Shown here in pieces: positions 23,214 to 38,200 of a stretch of 64,000 nt of DNA. The notes beneath the pieces were generated by a model. That model saw nothing but the letters and a program-made list of their open reading frames with translations. It ran no database searches and had not been told where the DNA came from. Source of the stretch: Amoebophrya sp. A120 (Eukaryota > Protista > Dinoflagellata); contig CAJINV010000006.1 in the NCBI GenBank assembly GCA_905178155.1, positions 4,513,175-4,577,174 on the forward strand, in the 5' to 3' direction. Within the stretch, counting starts at the first letter, position 1. Each line of letters starts with the position of its first letter. Both the position numbers and the translations under genes were made by a program.

Positions 23214-26200
23214 ATGTTCTTCTCCAACGCCCTGGCCTACGTCGCGGAAAAAAAAGCCTCCAAGGACCCCTTTTTCGCCGATTTTACGATCGACGGAACA
23301 GTGGATGTGGATGGAGAACAGCAAGAAGATGATGAGGAGCACAAAGAACACAAAGGGGAAACTCAAACTACTGATAGAAAGTCTTCGCCATGGAACTCGA
23401 ACTCTCACAGCCAAGAAAACTTTTGCAGCAAAGAGTTTATTTTTCGCGGGTCCTCCAAGGACTACAGCAAGGAAAAGGATGTACAGCTTGCTAATCTCCG
23501 TGGTTCAGATCCAGAACAATCTGAGACAGAAGTGGTGCTGGACGTGCGGGACCTGCTGGAGGAAGATCAAGATGAGCAGGAAAAAATAATTCCAGTCGGG
23601 ATAAAGAACGAGCATGATCTACTACTTGTTGGTGCAGCGAATAAGAATAAGACTGCTGGCGCTTTTTCCACCTCCATGTCACCGTCAGAACAAGATATGG
23701 GTAAGACATCGGGCTCCATTCTTTCCACAAGCAACCCCACTGCAACAACCTCCCTCGCCGACGACCACGACGGCTTTTTCCGGGCGAGTCTGCGCAGCGC
23801 GATTTCTCCCTCGAAAGAAAAAGCACTGGTGGAGCATTTACAGGATCATGTTGAGGGAAAAAGAAAAACTACAAATGCTATGACAAATCACGGTCAGGAT
23901 CACGACCAGGAGCATACGGGGGATCAAGGAGCATCCTCGACGTCTCGAGGACGACTGGAACAAAGTAGACCAGAAGGCGATGGGAGCATGAGCAAGACTA
24001 CGAAGAAAAGCGTCGTCAAGTTCGGCGGGAATATCGTAAACTGCACTTCCGGAGGGAGTAGCAGCAGCAGCAGCGGCACATCGAGTAGTTCTTCAGCTGC
24101 TAGCCCAAGTTGCAATTCCGGCGCAGCTGTCGCTGAGAAAAACACGACTTCCGCTTCCTCCACTGCGACAGCAAGAACTTGTGCCTCGCCTTCCATCTTC
24201 TCCAGAAAAAGGCCCAGTTTTAGTTCATCGTCGTCCGCAGCCACCGCGATTTTGTCCGGAAAGTTGCCGAAAAACCATCAGCCCGCGAAAATGAAGAAGG
24301 TGTCTACTGAGGATGCAGACTTATTTAAAGCAAAGCCGGTGCAGCCGTTCTTGTTTTATTTGCAGCAGCAGCGGCAGGAGCAGAGTTCATCTTGTCACGA
24401 CGAGGTGCTGCAATTGCAAAGCAGCAATACAATTTGCAAGAAGACGAAGCTGCAGCATGTTGGACGAGAAGCGTCAGCTGCCCTGTTGGACAAGAAGCAG
24501 CACGTTGGACGACGAGAAGTGGCAGAGTGCGAAAAAGAAGAAGAAGGACACGACAAGAAGGATGATAACGAAAGAAAAATAGATACGGATTTCAAGTTTT
24601 CACGCGCAGGCGGCCTAGGTGGAGCTGCCGGGGGTGCAGCAGCAGCTCCACACACGGGGCGGACCGACGTGCTCTTAGCGGTAGACGAGGAACAGGGTGG
24701 TGATGCGGTAAAAAGTGGCGAACCCGAAGATGAAGCTCCTGGTCCTGCAGGTACTGATACTGTAACTGGTACATCTTCAAGTCATGGGCCTGCTGCGACG
24801 AGCCTAGTTACTAGGAAACAGGTCGTGCTTCATTCCGATTCACCCTCGCGGGTAGGTGAACTCCAGGTCCAGGTGGAGGACCACCTTCACGAGGCAGGAG
24901 AAGCAGGCGCCGCGATGAAAGGGGATGAAGTAGGTGGATTTCTTTTGCCGCTGCCACGTCGACACGGTGAACAAGCGGCTGTTGAAAAAAAATCCGAGTT
25001 CTACAACTACAACTTGGAAGCTACGACAGGGCAGGGACTAGGTCGACGAAAGAACGGCGCCAGCAATAACACCTTGAAAGTAGAACCAGATGGAGTTGTT
25101 CTCACTCCTCCCGCTCAAGAAGTAGAAGATCATCGAAAAATAACCGAAAATCAGGCTGACGTGAGTAACTTTTTTGTGGCGTTGCAATACAAAGAATCCT
25201 CTTCCTCTTCCTCCGCCTCGTCTTCTGCCAGTGGTGATATAATTGACCCACGTGGTGTGGCACCTTCTAGTACGAGGAACAGAACCACGCATAGTCACGG
25301 CAACGAAGATGTTGATGAAGTCGACAGTGAAGCTAGCCTGGAAGAACAAGATGGTTTGCTGGACGACGACGATGATAATGACTCTTCACGGAAAAATAAA
25401 CATTCCTCCGGCCGCGTGGCCTCATCATCATCTCGCGGTCGTGAACGGAATCGATCGGCTGGCACGTCGACGTCGACCCGAGGTAGAAATAAAATGAAGA
25501 AGCCATCGTCTTTCCACCCACACCCTGCTACCACACAGCATCTCAAAAATCCCGCTGCCGCCTCTGCACCGGAACTGCGCTTACAGCTGCGCCTTCTCAC
25601 CGAGTACAACGCCGAATTGGAAACCGAGTGCGAAACGAGGCAGCGCGAGATCCGCGAGTTGCGGCGGTTGTTGCGGGACAAGCAGGAACACATCGCGATG
25701 CAGAAGTCGCAATTTCTGGAGTTGGAATCGCAAACAATCGAGAAGGATTTGCGGATTAAGAAGTTGGAGAAGGAATACAAGGAGTTGGACGAAAAAACGT
25801 CCATGCGGATCACGATGTTGAAAAAATCCGCACACAGCCGCGGCGACAGGGACCCGCACCCGCTGGGGAATTCTTCGACCTTGACCACGAACAACCACAA
25901 TTTTCTCCAGGGGTCCGCGCACTTTCTCAACGCGGACTTTTTGGAGGAGATCACGAAGCACGACACGCTGCTGCACGCGGAGAAGGAATTGTTCATAAAA
26001 CAGATGCTGGGTTTCGTCGGGGGAGAAGTGTACGAAAAATTGAACCAAAAGGACCAGCAGGTGAAGCAGCTAAAGGAAACGCACGAGCAGCAGTTAGCGG
26101 ACTTGCGGAAACAGCTTTTGGCCGAAGACCGGAAATTTACGGAGAAGAAAAAGTTTTTCGAAAAGCAGATCAAGCAACTGGACAAGCAGCTGAAGGAAAC

Positions 26201-29200
26201 GGCGGTAGAGCTAGCGGACGCGCAAGACAAGTTGGACATGAAGGAACTGCTAGAGGCGAATAAGATCAGAGAAAACAAATTCGCAAAGGAGGAGCGAGAA
26301 AATTACGAAAAAAAGCTGCAAGAGATGGAAAACGAGGTGAAAAAACTTGACGTGGAAGTGAAAGACCGGGAGAGCGCGTTGCGCCTGCGGGACGACAAAA
26401 TTGCAGATTTGGAGTTCGTCGTGAAGCAGTATGGAGAACAGATGAATAATATGGTGGAGACCACAGGTGGCACTTCTTCTAACCGCGCGGGAGAGGAGGG
26501 AGGCGCGGCTGGGGCTGCTGATGTTGCTGGTGTTGTTTCTACGGACAAAAACATGACCGATAATCCATACTTGATGCCGGCAGCTGCCTCACTTTCCGCG
26601 ACTAGCCCTAGTCCGACCCGACGAGGGGTGTTTCATGCTCCCAGCTCCACAATTGGTACGGCATCAAAAAGTCCGTTTATTCAGAAGTCTTTTTCATCCG
26701 CGTCCAAATTCGACCAGCACAATTTAAAAGACCCGCACAACTTGCTCCGGAACATGATCAACAGCAACACAAGCTCCTCTTCCGCTATTATCCTCGGCAA
26801 AATTATCGTACAACTCGTAGTAATCGCAATCATGCATTACAAATTCCTTGGCTCCAATGGGAAACCCGCATTACAAATTCTATTTCTCACGCGGGACCGC
26901 CAGGCGAAAGCCTGCCATGGGTTTCACTGTCCACGGGTGGTGTTGCGGGTAATCCTGGCGAAAGCCAAAAACCGGCAGAAAATGGGGCCACGGAAGAGTT
27001 CTTGCTGGACATTACCAACATTTGCCCACGCAGAGCCGTCCTCTTGCCGGACACACCCAACATCTGTCCGAAACAGCCTAGGGCCAAGACGACACCGTGA
27101 GGACGACCACAGGGGGCTCGTCTCAATGATGATGATGACGCTGAGAGAATTTATTTGTCATGCGATTGCTACTACTACGATACTTTTGCACAGCATAGCC
27201 ATCGTCCCCGCGCAGTTCCTTCGGCAATTGGAACAGCAGCAGAATTTGCTGCAGCAAAATTTCGAAAAGGAAAAACTGTACTTGGAGCGCCGAATTGCCG
27301 AAGTCGAGGAGGAGCGGGACGCGGTGAGCGATTTGTTAAAGATAGAGAAGTATGAAGTGTAAATATGTCTGGATCAGGAAGAGTGCAGATTTTTGTCATG
27401 CTGTTTTTGCATGACACAGAAGGTCTGACATGGAAGCCCTAGCATCTCAGATTTCGAGAGTTATCTTTCGCATTGCCGAATCCGCATGACATCAAATCCC
27501 CCATTTCGGTGACAGGAAACGGGCATCTTTTGCTGCCTCTGCATGAGAGATTTGTGTGTGTTGTGAAATGCGCATCACAAGTTCGCAGCCTTCCAGACCC
27601 AGACATATTTGCATTTGATAAGAAGCAAAAGTTTTTGAAAGATTTGTCGGAAACGGAAAAAAATTGGCGGGAACGGGTGGAGGAGCTACAGGAGAGTTTG
27701 CACAAAGCGGTGCAGGGGAAAAGTTTTAGTACTGTTGGAGCTGCGCATCCGCATGACAAAGATCCACTGACTGGCGGTGTTTCAGCAACGCCTTCCGAAA
27801 TAAAATCCGACGAGGACAGGAAGAAACAGGAGGAAGAGCGCTCCCAATTTGTGAAAAAACTGGAAGTGGAGTTAGAAGATTGGAAGGAAAAGGCCCGCGA
27901 GCTGAAATCGATTTTGCAGGGAAGATATGCATTGCAAAAGCATCGCACTATATATGAACCAGCCATGCTCCGGCTGCCGCCGGAGTGCAAGGCTGTTGGG
28001 CGGGGGCAAGACTGTTGGCTGATCGGACCAGAACGCCATGGGCCTGCGCACAAAGAAACATGCTGGAGCTCTGCCGCCTGGTTGGGCCACGCCAACCCGC
28101 AGCACCACTTGCGCGCCTCCCGCGCCTGCGGGCGCTCTGCGCAGGGAGCAGCTGCAAAGAACGCCGGGGGCGAACAGAAGCCGCCCGGCGCGAGAGGGTG
28201 GCGCGAGAGGGTGGCGCGAGAGGGTGGCGCGAGAGGGTGCGCGAGAGGGTGCGCGAGAGGGTGGCGCGGAAAGGCGCCGAACAAAACAAGGCCGCGATAT
28301 GCCTGCAATGCCAAATGTGGGGACTACCATGCGGATTCGCGCCCGCTTTTTTGTGTTTTTACCCTCTCGCAGACCCCTCGCAGACCCTCTTTCTGACCTC
28401 TTTTGGGGGCCCCCGCTAATAGTCCGGCTATACTCGCGGGTAGAGGTCGACAGAGGTGGCCGAGAGGTGGCCAAGAGGGTCCGCGAGAGGTCGCCCCTTA
28501 TTCGCGCCACCTCTCTCCACCTCTGTCGACCTCTCGCGCCCCCTCTTTTTGACCTCTCTGCACCCTCTCAGGCACTTAGGCGGCGCCTTAAGGTGAGCGC
28601 TTCGGCGGGCCTTATTCGCGCGCCCTCTCGCCGACCCTCTCGAACGGGGTCCCGCGCCACCTCTCCACCTCTGTCGACCTCTTTTTTACCTCTTTTGACC
28701 TCTTTTTTACCTCTCGGCCACCTCATGTCTACCCTCTGTCTACCTCTTTTTTCGCATGAATATAATATATAGTAATTGCATTACAAATTTTTAAGTATAC
28801 GAAATGGAATTTGTAATGCTCATTGACCTTAGGAAGAAGATTTGTAATGCATGACTGCAATTTATTTTACTTACGAGTGCGATACTTTTGCACAGGATAG
28901 AAGAGAAAGAAATCTGATCGAGGAGCAGATGGAGAACAAACGGCTGAAAAAGGCGCGAGAAGAGCTGGAGAAGGAAGTGAAGAAGCTCGAGAAGGAGAAG
29001 AACAAAGCGACAGCAAACGAGGGAAAAGCCACACGAAAACACCAGAAAGAAAAGTCTTTACTGGAGAAAATCAACGCTGTTTTGGAAGAAGAGGAGGGCG
29101 GCAGCAGTAGCGCTACTGCGGGACCGGGACGAGAGGACGAGAGTCAGGTGGACTACAGCAACACCTTTCTATCGGGAGCAGGACGACCAGCGAGCAATAA

Positions 29201-32200
29201 ATCCGAGAAAACGAAAGCCACTTCAACTTCGCGCTCCGCCTCCGCCCGCAGTGTGCGAGACGGCGGTTTTTCTGACAAGAATTATGGCACTGGTGCTGTA
29301 GTAGACAATAGCAAGAAGAAAAATCTGTCCTTCTGGGACCAGGGTACGAAAAGCAAAGACAGTCCTTTCCTACAGGTTGAGAACGACCCGCAGAAGAACT
29401 TGATCCAGGTGCCGTTTCCGAGGGAAAGAAGTAGTGGCACAAGAGTATCCCCGGCTGATGTAGATGTTTCCAAATCAACATCTTCGCAGAAGATTAGAGG
29501 GAGGAGTAGTCCGACGCGAAACTACGTTCCACAAGAAGCCGGTGGCGGTTCTTCCTCTTCCTCTTCTCGCTCTGCTGCAACGACAGCGAAGAAAAACGAA
29601 GAGAAGCAAATCCTGCGTACTATTCGGGCGTTGAAACAACAAGTACAGAACGCGGAAAGCCGGGCGGAGGAGATGGAGATGCGGGAGGCGCTTGATGTTC
29701 TGCAACACGGTGAAATGAATAACGCGGCAAGAAGAGGCGGCTTGTTACGCTCCCCACTAGCTGATTTTTACAACGGCAACAACTTCTCGCGACTCCAAAG
29801 AGGTGGACTCTCGTCCCCAACGACCTCTAGAAGGATGGCTGGTGGTTTAGCAGCAGAACCATTACCCCCTGCAACCAGCCCTTCCTTCCAATCCCGGTCC
29901 GGTTTTATCCTACAGAGCCTCGAGAATTCCCGAAACGCGGTGAAAAACAGTATGAGGAAAAGCAATTTTGGAACGACGACGACGACGGACACAGGAGCAG
30001 ACTCCATGAGCACGCCCTCGGGTCCCTCAAAATCCTCGGCTAGCACCTTCGTGAAAAATTTAATCGATCAGTTGTTTTCGGACAAATTGGATCAGTTGGA
30101 ACAGGAGTTCAAGGTGAAAATGGAGGAATTGCACGTTGAGGAGGACAAGTATGAACTGCAAAAGCACCGTACTAGTAGTATGTAATTGCATTACAAACCA
30201 CCTCAGAATGACAAATGGAATCTGTCATGCTGTTCCACATTGGGATCGAGATTTGTAATGCATAATTGCAATTAGAAATTACTACGGATGCGATACTTTT
30301 GCACAGCATAACAAAGCCTTGGCGGCAATTGACGATTTGGAGAACGAGGAGAGTGCAAAATTGGACAAGCAGTTCTTCGAGTTCGAGGATGAGGATATGA
30401 AGAAAGAACAAGAAGAGGAAATTCTGAACCAGAATCACATCAGAGATGAGAAGAGTCGGGTAGAGAGTTTAACTCGAAACACGTCCAGTTCCAGTGCGAA
30501 GGTAAAGGTTTCAACATTGGGGCAAGATATTAATAGAAGGGATCGGTCGAAAAGCCGCGAAGAAGGTTCAGTAATGTTGGATGACGATGATGTTGAAAAT
30601 AAAGAGCAAACCCCTACCGCCCTGTCCCAAGAAACTGGTAAAAAGACAACCACATCTTCTACCTCCAGACCCGCCATGAAGTTCGCCTTGTCTAATTCTC
30701 TTTCCGGAAACAACGCTTTGAAAACGGATATTGCGGCGAGGTCCAGTTCCCCAACGATGAATAACGGAAAAAGCCCGAAAACCACCACGAAAAATGCAGG
30801 CAACACGACCAGAAGTAGAAACCAATACAACACGAACACGTCAAACAAGAGCAATAAACCGACTTCCGAAGTGGGAAAGCAATCCGCGCGGGACCGGCAC
30901 TACAATCGGAAACAGAAGCTGCTTTTGCACAAGTATGAGCCGAAAAAGATGAAAGTGATGAACGAATTTGAGGAGAAACGAAACATCTTATTAGTACAGC
31001 AAGAAGCGGATTTGGAAAAGTTCGAATTGAAGCGGCAGAACACTCTCGAGGCGGTGAACAACGCGATCCAAACGGACTTTGAGCTCATGACGTTGAAGAA
31101 CGAAAACAACGCGAAATTCGGCCACGGTCGCAACCAGGAGCACTTTGCGGAGTTGGCGGAGAAGTGCTACGCGCAGGTGGAAGAACTGAGAAACATGCAT
31201 GAAAAAGAAGTGGAGAAGCTGAAAAGAGAACACGATTTATTGTTGGAGGATATCAAATGCAAATATGTCTGGGTCTGGAAACTTGTAATGCTGGGCTGTC
31301 AATAGTGAATGGTCTGTAATGCACAGCCAAGCATGAGAAACATTTGCGAGGCTCAGCGTTGGCCTCTCTACATGACAAACTGCGTTTTTGCATGACAAGC
31401 AAAAGGGTCTCTTCTTGGACATGCATCACAAACTTTTCAGTCATGCCAGACAAGCATGACAAACCTTGCATCCTTCCAGACCCAGACATATTTGCAATGC
31501 ATAGAGGAAAAAATTTTGCAAAAAACCGACCAGATTCTAACCGACAGCACCAACGAAATCCGGGGGAAAGAGACGAAGTTTGAAAACGAAATTAAGCAGT
31601 TGGAAGAGTCGTACGAGCGGAAAATCTCGCTGTTGAAACTGGATTTGGAAACCACGGCGAAGCAGATTGAGAAGAAGGCAAACTTAGATTTTATGGAGTG
31701 CAAAAATGTCTGGGTCTGGAAGATTGCTACATTGTCACGCATGTCTGACATGACTCAAGAATCTGTGATGCATGGGCACGAAGCGGTCTTCTTAACTGTC
31801 ATGCAAAAACGCAGTCTGCCATGCGGAACACGCAACACAAAGGAGCCCAAAAATTTGTCATGCTTGGCTCCGTATTGCAGTCGAGCTCCCATTCACTTCT
31901 AGCATTACAAGTTTCCAGACCCAGACATCTTTGCAATGCATAGATTTGGAGATTCTGCAAGAAAAATTCGACAATCTGCAGAAGGACTACGCGTCGGAGA
32001 AAAAAATCGCGGCGGTTTTACGGGATCAGGCGTTTTGTGTTGGGGAAATCGTACAGGATCAGGATGACGCTAATGCTCCTCCTGCTGCTACCACCTCTGA
32101 AGTACTAGATCCCCTCGATGCTGGCGCGGGCGCACAAAGTCGTGCAGCAAAAACAAGTCCGGAAAAAAACAGCAAGCAAAAGCTCCTCGACTATTTCATC

Positions 32201-35200
32201 TCCATTCGCCAGGCTTCGGAGTCAGGAAATGGCAGTATCGCTACCAGTCCAGAAAAGCAGCTCGATTTGATAAGGCAGAAGCAGGAACAGGTGACCCAGA
32301 TGAAGGAATTGCACTCCGAGGTTCAAAGGTTAAAGCAGGAACTCGCACACTTAGAGCTCTCCAAGGTAGACCACGAGATGGAAATCGTCAAGCAGAGCGA
32401 GAAAAGGGAGAAGGAGAATTTAAAATCGTTATTACAGGCGCGAAAGGAGAAGGATGAAGTGCAAGTGAAATTGAGTACCACCACCGCGGAGTTACATTCG
32501 AAAACGGTCACGATCAACGAATTTTTGCCGAGGTTGGAGAAGGAGTTGAAAGATTTGAAGGAAGACTTGCAGCTGAAACAGACTATCAAAATGAAAAATC
32601 CCCCCTCCCCATAGATATTGAAACGGAAATTTCTGTTGCTGGATTTGTGAACACAAATCAGCTCTGTTTTGCAGTGGGGCACTACAAGCAGAGCCTAAAG
32701 CCTGCGTGGGGGGGGTTTGGCGTAGGTGCTTAGCATAGCAGAGGCCTGCCAAGATGCCGCCACAGCATTACAAACCGCCTGCATAGCGCGGCGGATTTTT
32801 CTTTGGATTTGCCTTCTTGCAAGAGAGACAGGATTTCTGATCACAATTCAGCATCACACACAAATCTTTAGGAGCGTACCTTTTCAGTATAATGGGGAGG
32901 GGAGATTTTTCCTCACAATACAGACCCGAATTGAGAAGCTGCAGAAGGAGAAAAGGAAACTCACCGATTCTCAATTTGAGCAAACGCAAAAGATGAAAGA
33001 GGACAGTGCTGGAGAGTATCCTGTGCAAAAGTATCGTACTCGTACTAATCGCATCCATGCAAGACAAATTTCTTTTTCAAGCTAAATCAGCATGAGAAAT
33101 TCCATTTGTCACGCTGAGCCAATTTGTATTGCAATACTACGAGTACGATGCTTTTGCAGTTCATAGAGAGGTGAACCAGCTGAAACTGGAATTGAGTAAA
33201 GCGAATCACGAGCTGCATAGTCAGACGCTGAAGAATATGAATTGTAAAAATGGCTGGGTCTGGAAGAATGCCAGACTTGTCATGCAGATTCTGTATGATC
33301 CATGACGCCTGTATTGCATGAGCTAGCATCACATATGTCCAGAGGGCCTCCTAATGCCTATACCGCATGAGAAATGCTCTGTCCGCGTAGCACAAACTGG
33401 ACTCCTGTTGCTGGTCATGCAATACTAATTTTTTTGGAATCCAAAGACAGCATTACAAGTTCCAACCTTCCAGACCCAGACACTTTTGCATTTGATAAAG
33501 AATGAGAAATTGGAGAAATTAGTTGTGGAAACAGAAGCGGAGTTGAATCGGTTCAAAACGGAAGTTATCACATGCAATAATATGTCTGGTTCTGGAAGAA
33601 AAAGAATGCAAGTTTGTCATGCTTGGTCGACAAGACACAAAAGTCTGTCATGCTCGTTGCGCTACAGTGCCACTTGTTTGTCATGCAAAAAGGCAATTTG
33701 TCATGCGGTTAACGCTAGATAGAGTCGCTCAGAAACTTGTCATGCGCGGCTCTGCAATACAGTTTGCGTATGATTCGGACATTAGCATGACAACTTTCCA
33801 GACCCAGACATATTTGCAATGCATAGAAGTGGTGGAAGAGTTGAAGAAGAATCACGAAGAGAAACTGGCGGACACGATTTTGAAACATGAAGAAGAGAAG
33901 AAAGGTATGATGGGGGAGCACGAGGAAAAAGTGCGGAAGTTGGTTTTGATGAAAACTGTCGATGTAGACGGAGGAGAAGGAGGCGCGTCGAAAAAGAGCC
34001 GAAGAAGCCGCTCCCTGTCGAGCAAGAAGAGCAACAGAAAATTGTCACAACAAGGTAAAAGCAAAGAGCCTGCTCCTTCCCGGCGCTCTGTGGACGCGAC
34101 TTTGGCGAAATTGACAGAAAAAGAACTCAGAAGGGAGGCGGCGGAGTGGAAGCGGAAAGCGAACTACTTGGAGAAATTGCTGGACGAGGCGAGGGACCGG
34201 GAGCAGGAACTGACCGAAAGGCTGTACAGCGGAAAAGGAAGAGGAGACCACACATCGCACAGAAATAGTGCAGGAGCTGTTGCAACTACATCCAAAAATC
34301 TTTACACGGCCAGCAGTGCATCTCCGACTTCTGCAGCCGCATCTAGCCTAGTGCAGAAGGACGAAAAAATCAGGAACTTAGAACAGCAACTCGAATCGGA
34401 GAAGCAGCAGCGGGAACAGGAAAAGAATTTAAACACGTGGCTATCAAAAGGAAAAATCCCCCCTCCCCATATCGAAATGGAAATCTGTGATGCAGGATTT
34501 GAGGTACCAAATCGACTTGTCATGCTAGAAGGCCAAGAGCCGCAGTCGTGGTCCCTTTTGCAGGCAATTTGTCATGCTGTTTCCCACTCTCAGCTGCCTC
34601 CTATCATGCTGAAGATGCAAGGCTCCCCCACGCCACCCAGCACTACAGTCCGCATCTTTTCCCGTGTAGCATGACAAAGCTGATTTGTGACAACAAATCT
34701 GCATCACAGATTTCCGTTTTGACATGGGGAGGGGGGATTTTTCATTTTGATAGTGGCTGTTGCAATCTTCCGCATTTGGATCGTCAAGTAGAGAACATCG
34801 CGGCGACTTCTATCAAATGCAAAAATGTCTGGGTCTGGAAGAATGCGAGCTCTGTCATGCTAGTCTGGCATGACTCTTAAATCTGTCATGCACGTTACCC
34901 AAGAGCCTCATTTTGCTGTCATGCAGAAACGTGGTTTGTCATTCAGAATAGGCAACACCTAGAAGCTCAAAAGCTTGTCATGCTGAGCCAGCACTTGTGG
35001 CCTGTTCATGATACGCCACCCAGCATCACAAGTTTCCAGACCCAGACATTGTTACAATCCATAACTTCTTCGACAGTACAACTAGCGGTGGGGGCGGTGG
35101 CAGGATGAAGGATAGATATCCTGAGAAAAAAGCGTTACACGTACACATTGTGTTGCAGGCCAAGCAAGACAGACAAGCTCTGGCATGCCGGATATGCATA

Positions 35201-38200
35201 GGGGCTTCGTTTCATAGTTGTTTTCCCGTAGGATTTTTGCATTACAAGTTTTCTCTCTCATGCAGCGAAATTTGTGTTGCTGAATTGGCTACAAATGTGT
35301 AACTGTAACACTTTTTTCGTGGGATAATAGACTACCGAAAGGTAGTACTGCCATGGGAGCTTCGTCGAGTAGCAGCAGTGTGGCAGATGATGCAAAGGTG
35401 GAAAAGACGCTGCTGTATAGGAGAAAGAATGACGATGATGAAGAAAACGGCGCTTCCGACATTTCGGAACAAGATGCCGATGGCATGGCGGCCGCAGTAG
35501 AGACAACTTCTGTGAGCAAAGACTTTCTTTTCCTGGAAGGTGATCATTTGATGACGGGGCCAGCGTCTTCCTCTGGAATTGCGTCGTCTTCCTCTATGTC
35601 CCCTTTTTCCAGCCTGATCCCCTCTGTAATTGGCAGCAAGGACAGCAGTTTGATGCCCAACAACTCCACCTCTGGATCAATCGCGATGGAGGTGAACTAC
35701 AGTGCGCCGGCCAGTCAACATGGTGCTGGTTCTGCGGCAATAGAAATATCTACGACTTCTCGATCCACATCAAAGGCAAGCAGCTGCGGTGGATCATTGT
35801 CAACCTCCCTGCGTCGAAGTGAACAGGTAGAAGTACAACCTGAGCAAGAACGCCCACCAGCGCGGTCGGGACCGGATTTTCTCTTCTACCAGGAAACCAC
35901 GCCAGCGATGTTTTTGAAAAACAAAAAGTCGCCAGCGGCTTCCACATACGGCGGTGCTTCATCATCAGGAGCTGTTGCTGTTTCTTCTTCTTCCTCTGCA
36001 ACACCTCTGGCGCCAGCAGTCCAACCTCTTCGCGACGGTATAGAAATTAGGCCGCAGGAACAGGTCGAGGAAGAGGGCTTTCAGGGTTTGCGCGCTCCCC
36101 CAACAAGTACTAGAACGCGACCACGGGTTAGTTTTAGTACTAACAGTCGAAAGAACTACGAGCTGTCAGCATCATGTTCAGGGACGCAGGCATCGCGGCG
36201 GGAGGACAGCTTTTTGTACTACGACGAGAATTCAGCCGAGGAACAAGATGTTGAGGACCGGGAAAGGAGCACAACTATCGTCCGAATTGATGTTGACGAT
36301 GAGGAAAGAAATCTCGAAGAGGACGACCACGACGAGAGCCTCAGCTCCGCCGCCGAGGAAAAAGCGGCGCAGAAAATCCAACATTTGATGAAGCGGCAAA
36401 CGGATTTGTTCGGGAAAAATACTAAAAACCAGTCTTCCTCCTCCACTTCCAGCAATAGAAACAGCAACTTCTTATTCGTGCAGAAACGGGATTTTGAGAA
36501 GCTCGAATCGGAGTTCATCACCAGTTCATCTGGTGGCAGTTTCTGTGGGGTGTCGTTCCTACAAGTAGAAAGAAACGACGACGATGAGGAAATGAGGGAC
36601 ATCACAGGAGTAGGAGATGAAAATCAACAGCAAGTGTCAACATCAGCCGCGACCACGAAGCGCTTAGCAGTGGTATTGAACAACATCCGACAGTTGAAAA
36701 AAGCGTTAATCCAGTCGAAGCACGACTCGAAGCTGAAGAAGCAACTCGAAGTCCGGTTGAAACTTTTACAAGAAAAGCAAGACAAGTACAAGAAGCAGAT
36801 TTTTGAATATCCTGAGTAAAAACGTACCCACACCAGAGTCAGGATGGGGATTTTGCAACACAAACCTAGGAGTTTTGTGAGTCACGCATGACAAGTTTCA
36901 GTCCGTAAGGTAGTGCAAGTTAGCAAGGAAAGCCGCATCACAAATCGATCTGCTGATCCTGTTTACAGCATTACAAGTTCCCAAACACGATTGAAAATGC
37001 CTGTCATGGGGTTGCGCATCACAAATGTTCCTGTCATGGCAAAGTCGCATGACAACTCTGGCGTGGGTACGTTTTTACTCAGGATATTGAATTTAAGAAT
37101 TTCATGGACGAAAAAATCGACCAGAAATTTAACCAGGAGGCGGAGCATATGAACTGCAAAAGCATCGCACTCGTAGTGATTGCAGATATGCATGACAAAC
37201 CTCCTTCCAAAGCTAAAACGGCATGACAAATTACATTTGTCATGCTAAGCTGATTTGTAATGCAATTTCTACTAGTACAAGCAGAAGCACGACTAGTACG
37301 GTGCTTTTGCAATCCATAGAGCATGAGAGACTGCAAAAGAAGTTTCTCCTCGCGAAAGCGGAGGAATTGCAGGAGTTTGAGAAGGAACTGCAGAAGAAAC
37401 AGAAAAAAATCATCGAGAACAAGCAGAAAGCGATGCTGGAAATCGAAAAGGAATCGAAGACGAAGGAAAAGTCATTAGCGAAAAAAAATCTCGAAACGCA
37501 TAAGGCGGAAATGCGGAATGAGATTTTGGAGCAGGAGGTGCAGAAAATGGAGAAGAGATTGTTTGAAGAGGAGGAGTTGCGGAAGAGAGACAGCGAAGAG
37601 AAACAAAAGGAGTTGGAAAAAGTGAAGGAGGATCTGGTAACCCAACAATCGTTAACCAACGCCTCGAAAAAGCAACTCGAGCAGATGACAAAAGATTTGC
37701 TGACCGCGGGGGGGACGAAGTTCCAGCACGACAAGATCGCGAACGAGAACAAGAATTTGAAACAGGAAGTGTCGCTGATGGAATCTCATTTGCAAGATGT
37801 GAAGAAAGACTTGGAAAAGGCGAAAAGACTTTTGAAGGAAGGGTTGCTGGTGAAAGAAGGTCAAAACGCCGGTGGGAGTCTGTCGTCAAAAAAATCGCTC
37901 CAAGAGCAAGTGCTGGACGAATTTGCACTGCTACAAGCGCACACCGACCAATATCGAAGAAGAAAACATTGCTAGTGTAACTTTGTGATGCGCAACATGC
38001 ATACTTCTTGCGGCTGTCATGCTAGAAATGCATTGCAAGGTCCACTCAAGCGCGTTTTCATGTACCATCTGCGCATGACAGGTTATTTTTGCTTTCATGC
38101 CAGACAGATTTGTAATGCTGTTCCTCCAAAAAAGTTGCACCTACACTCTTTTTTTCTTGGATAACCAACTGCACAGCTTCACCGACGATTTCGTGTTTGA

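Noticed and set aside
25295-37928. Long minus-strand ORFs (25295-26278, 37240-37752 and others)
   Set aside because: Antisense shadows of E/K-rich coiled-coil exons, with S/F/L-rich translations.
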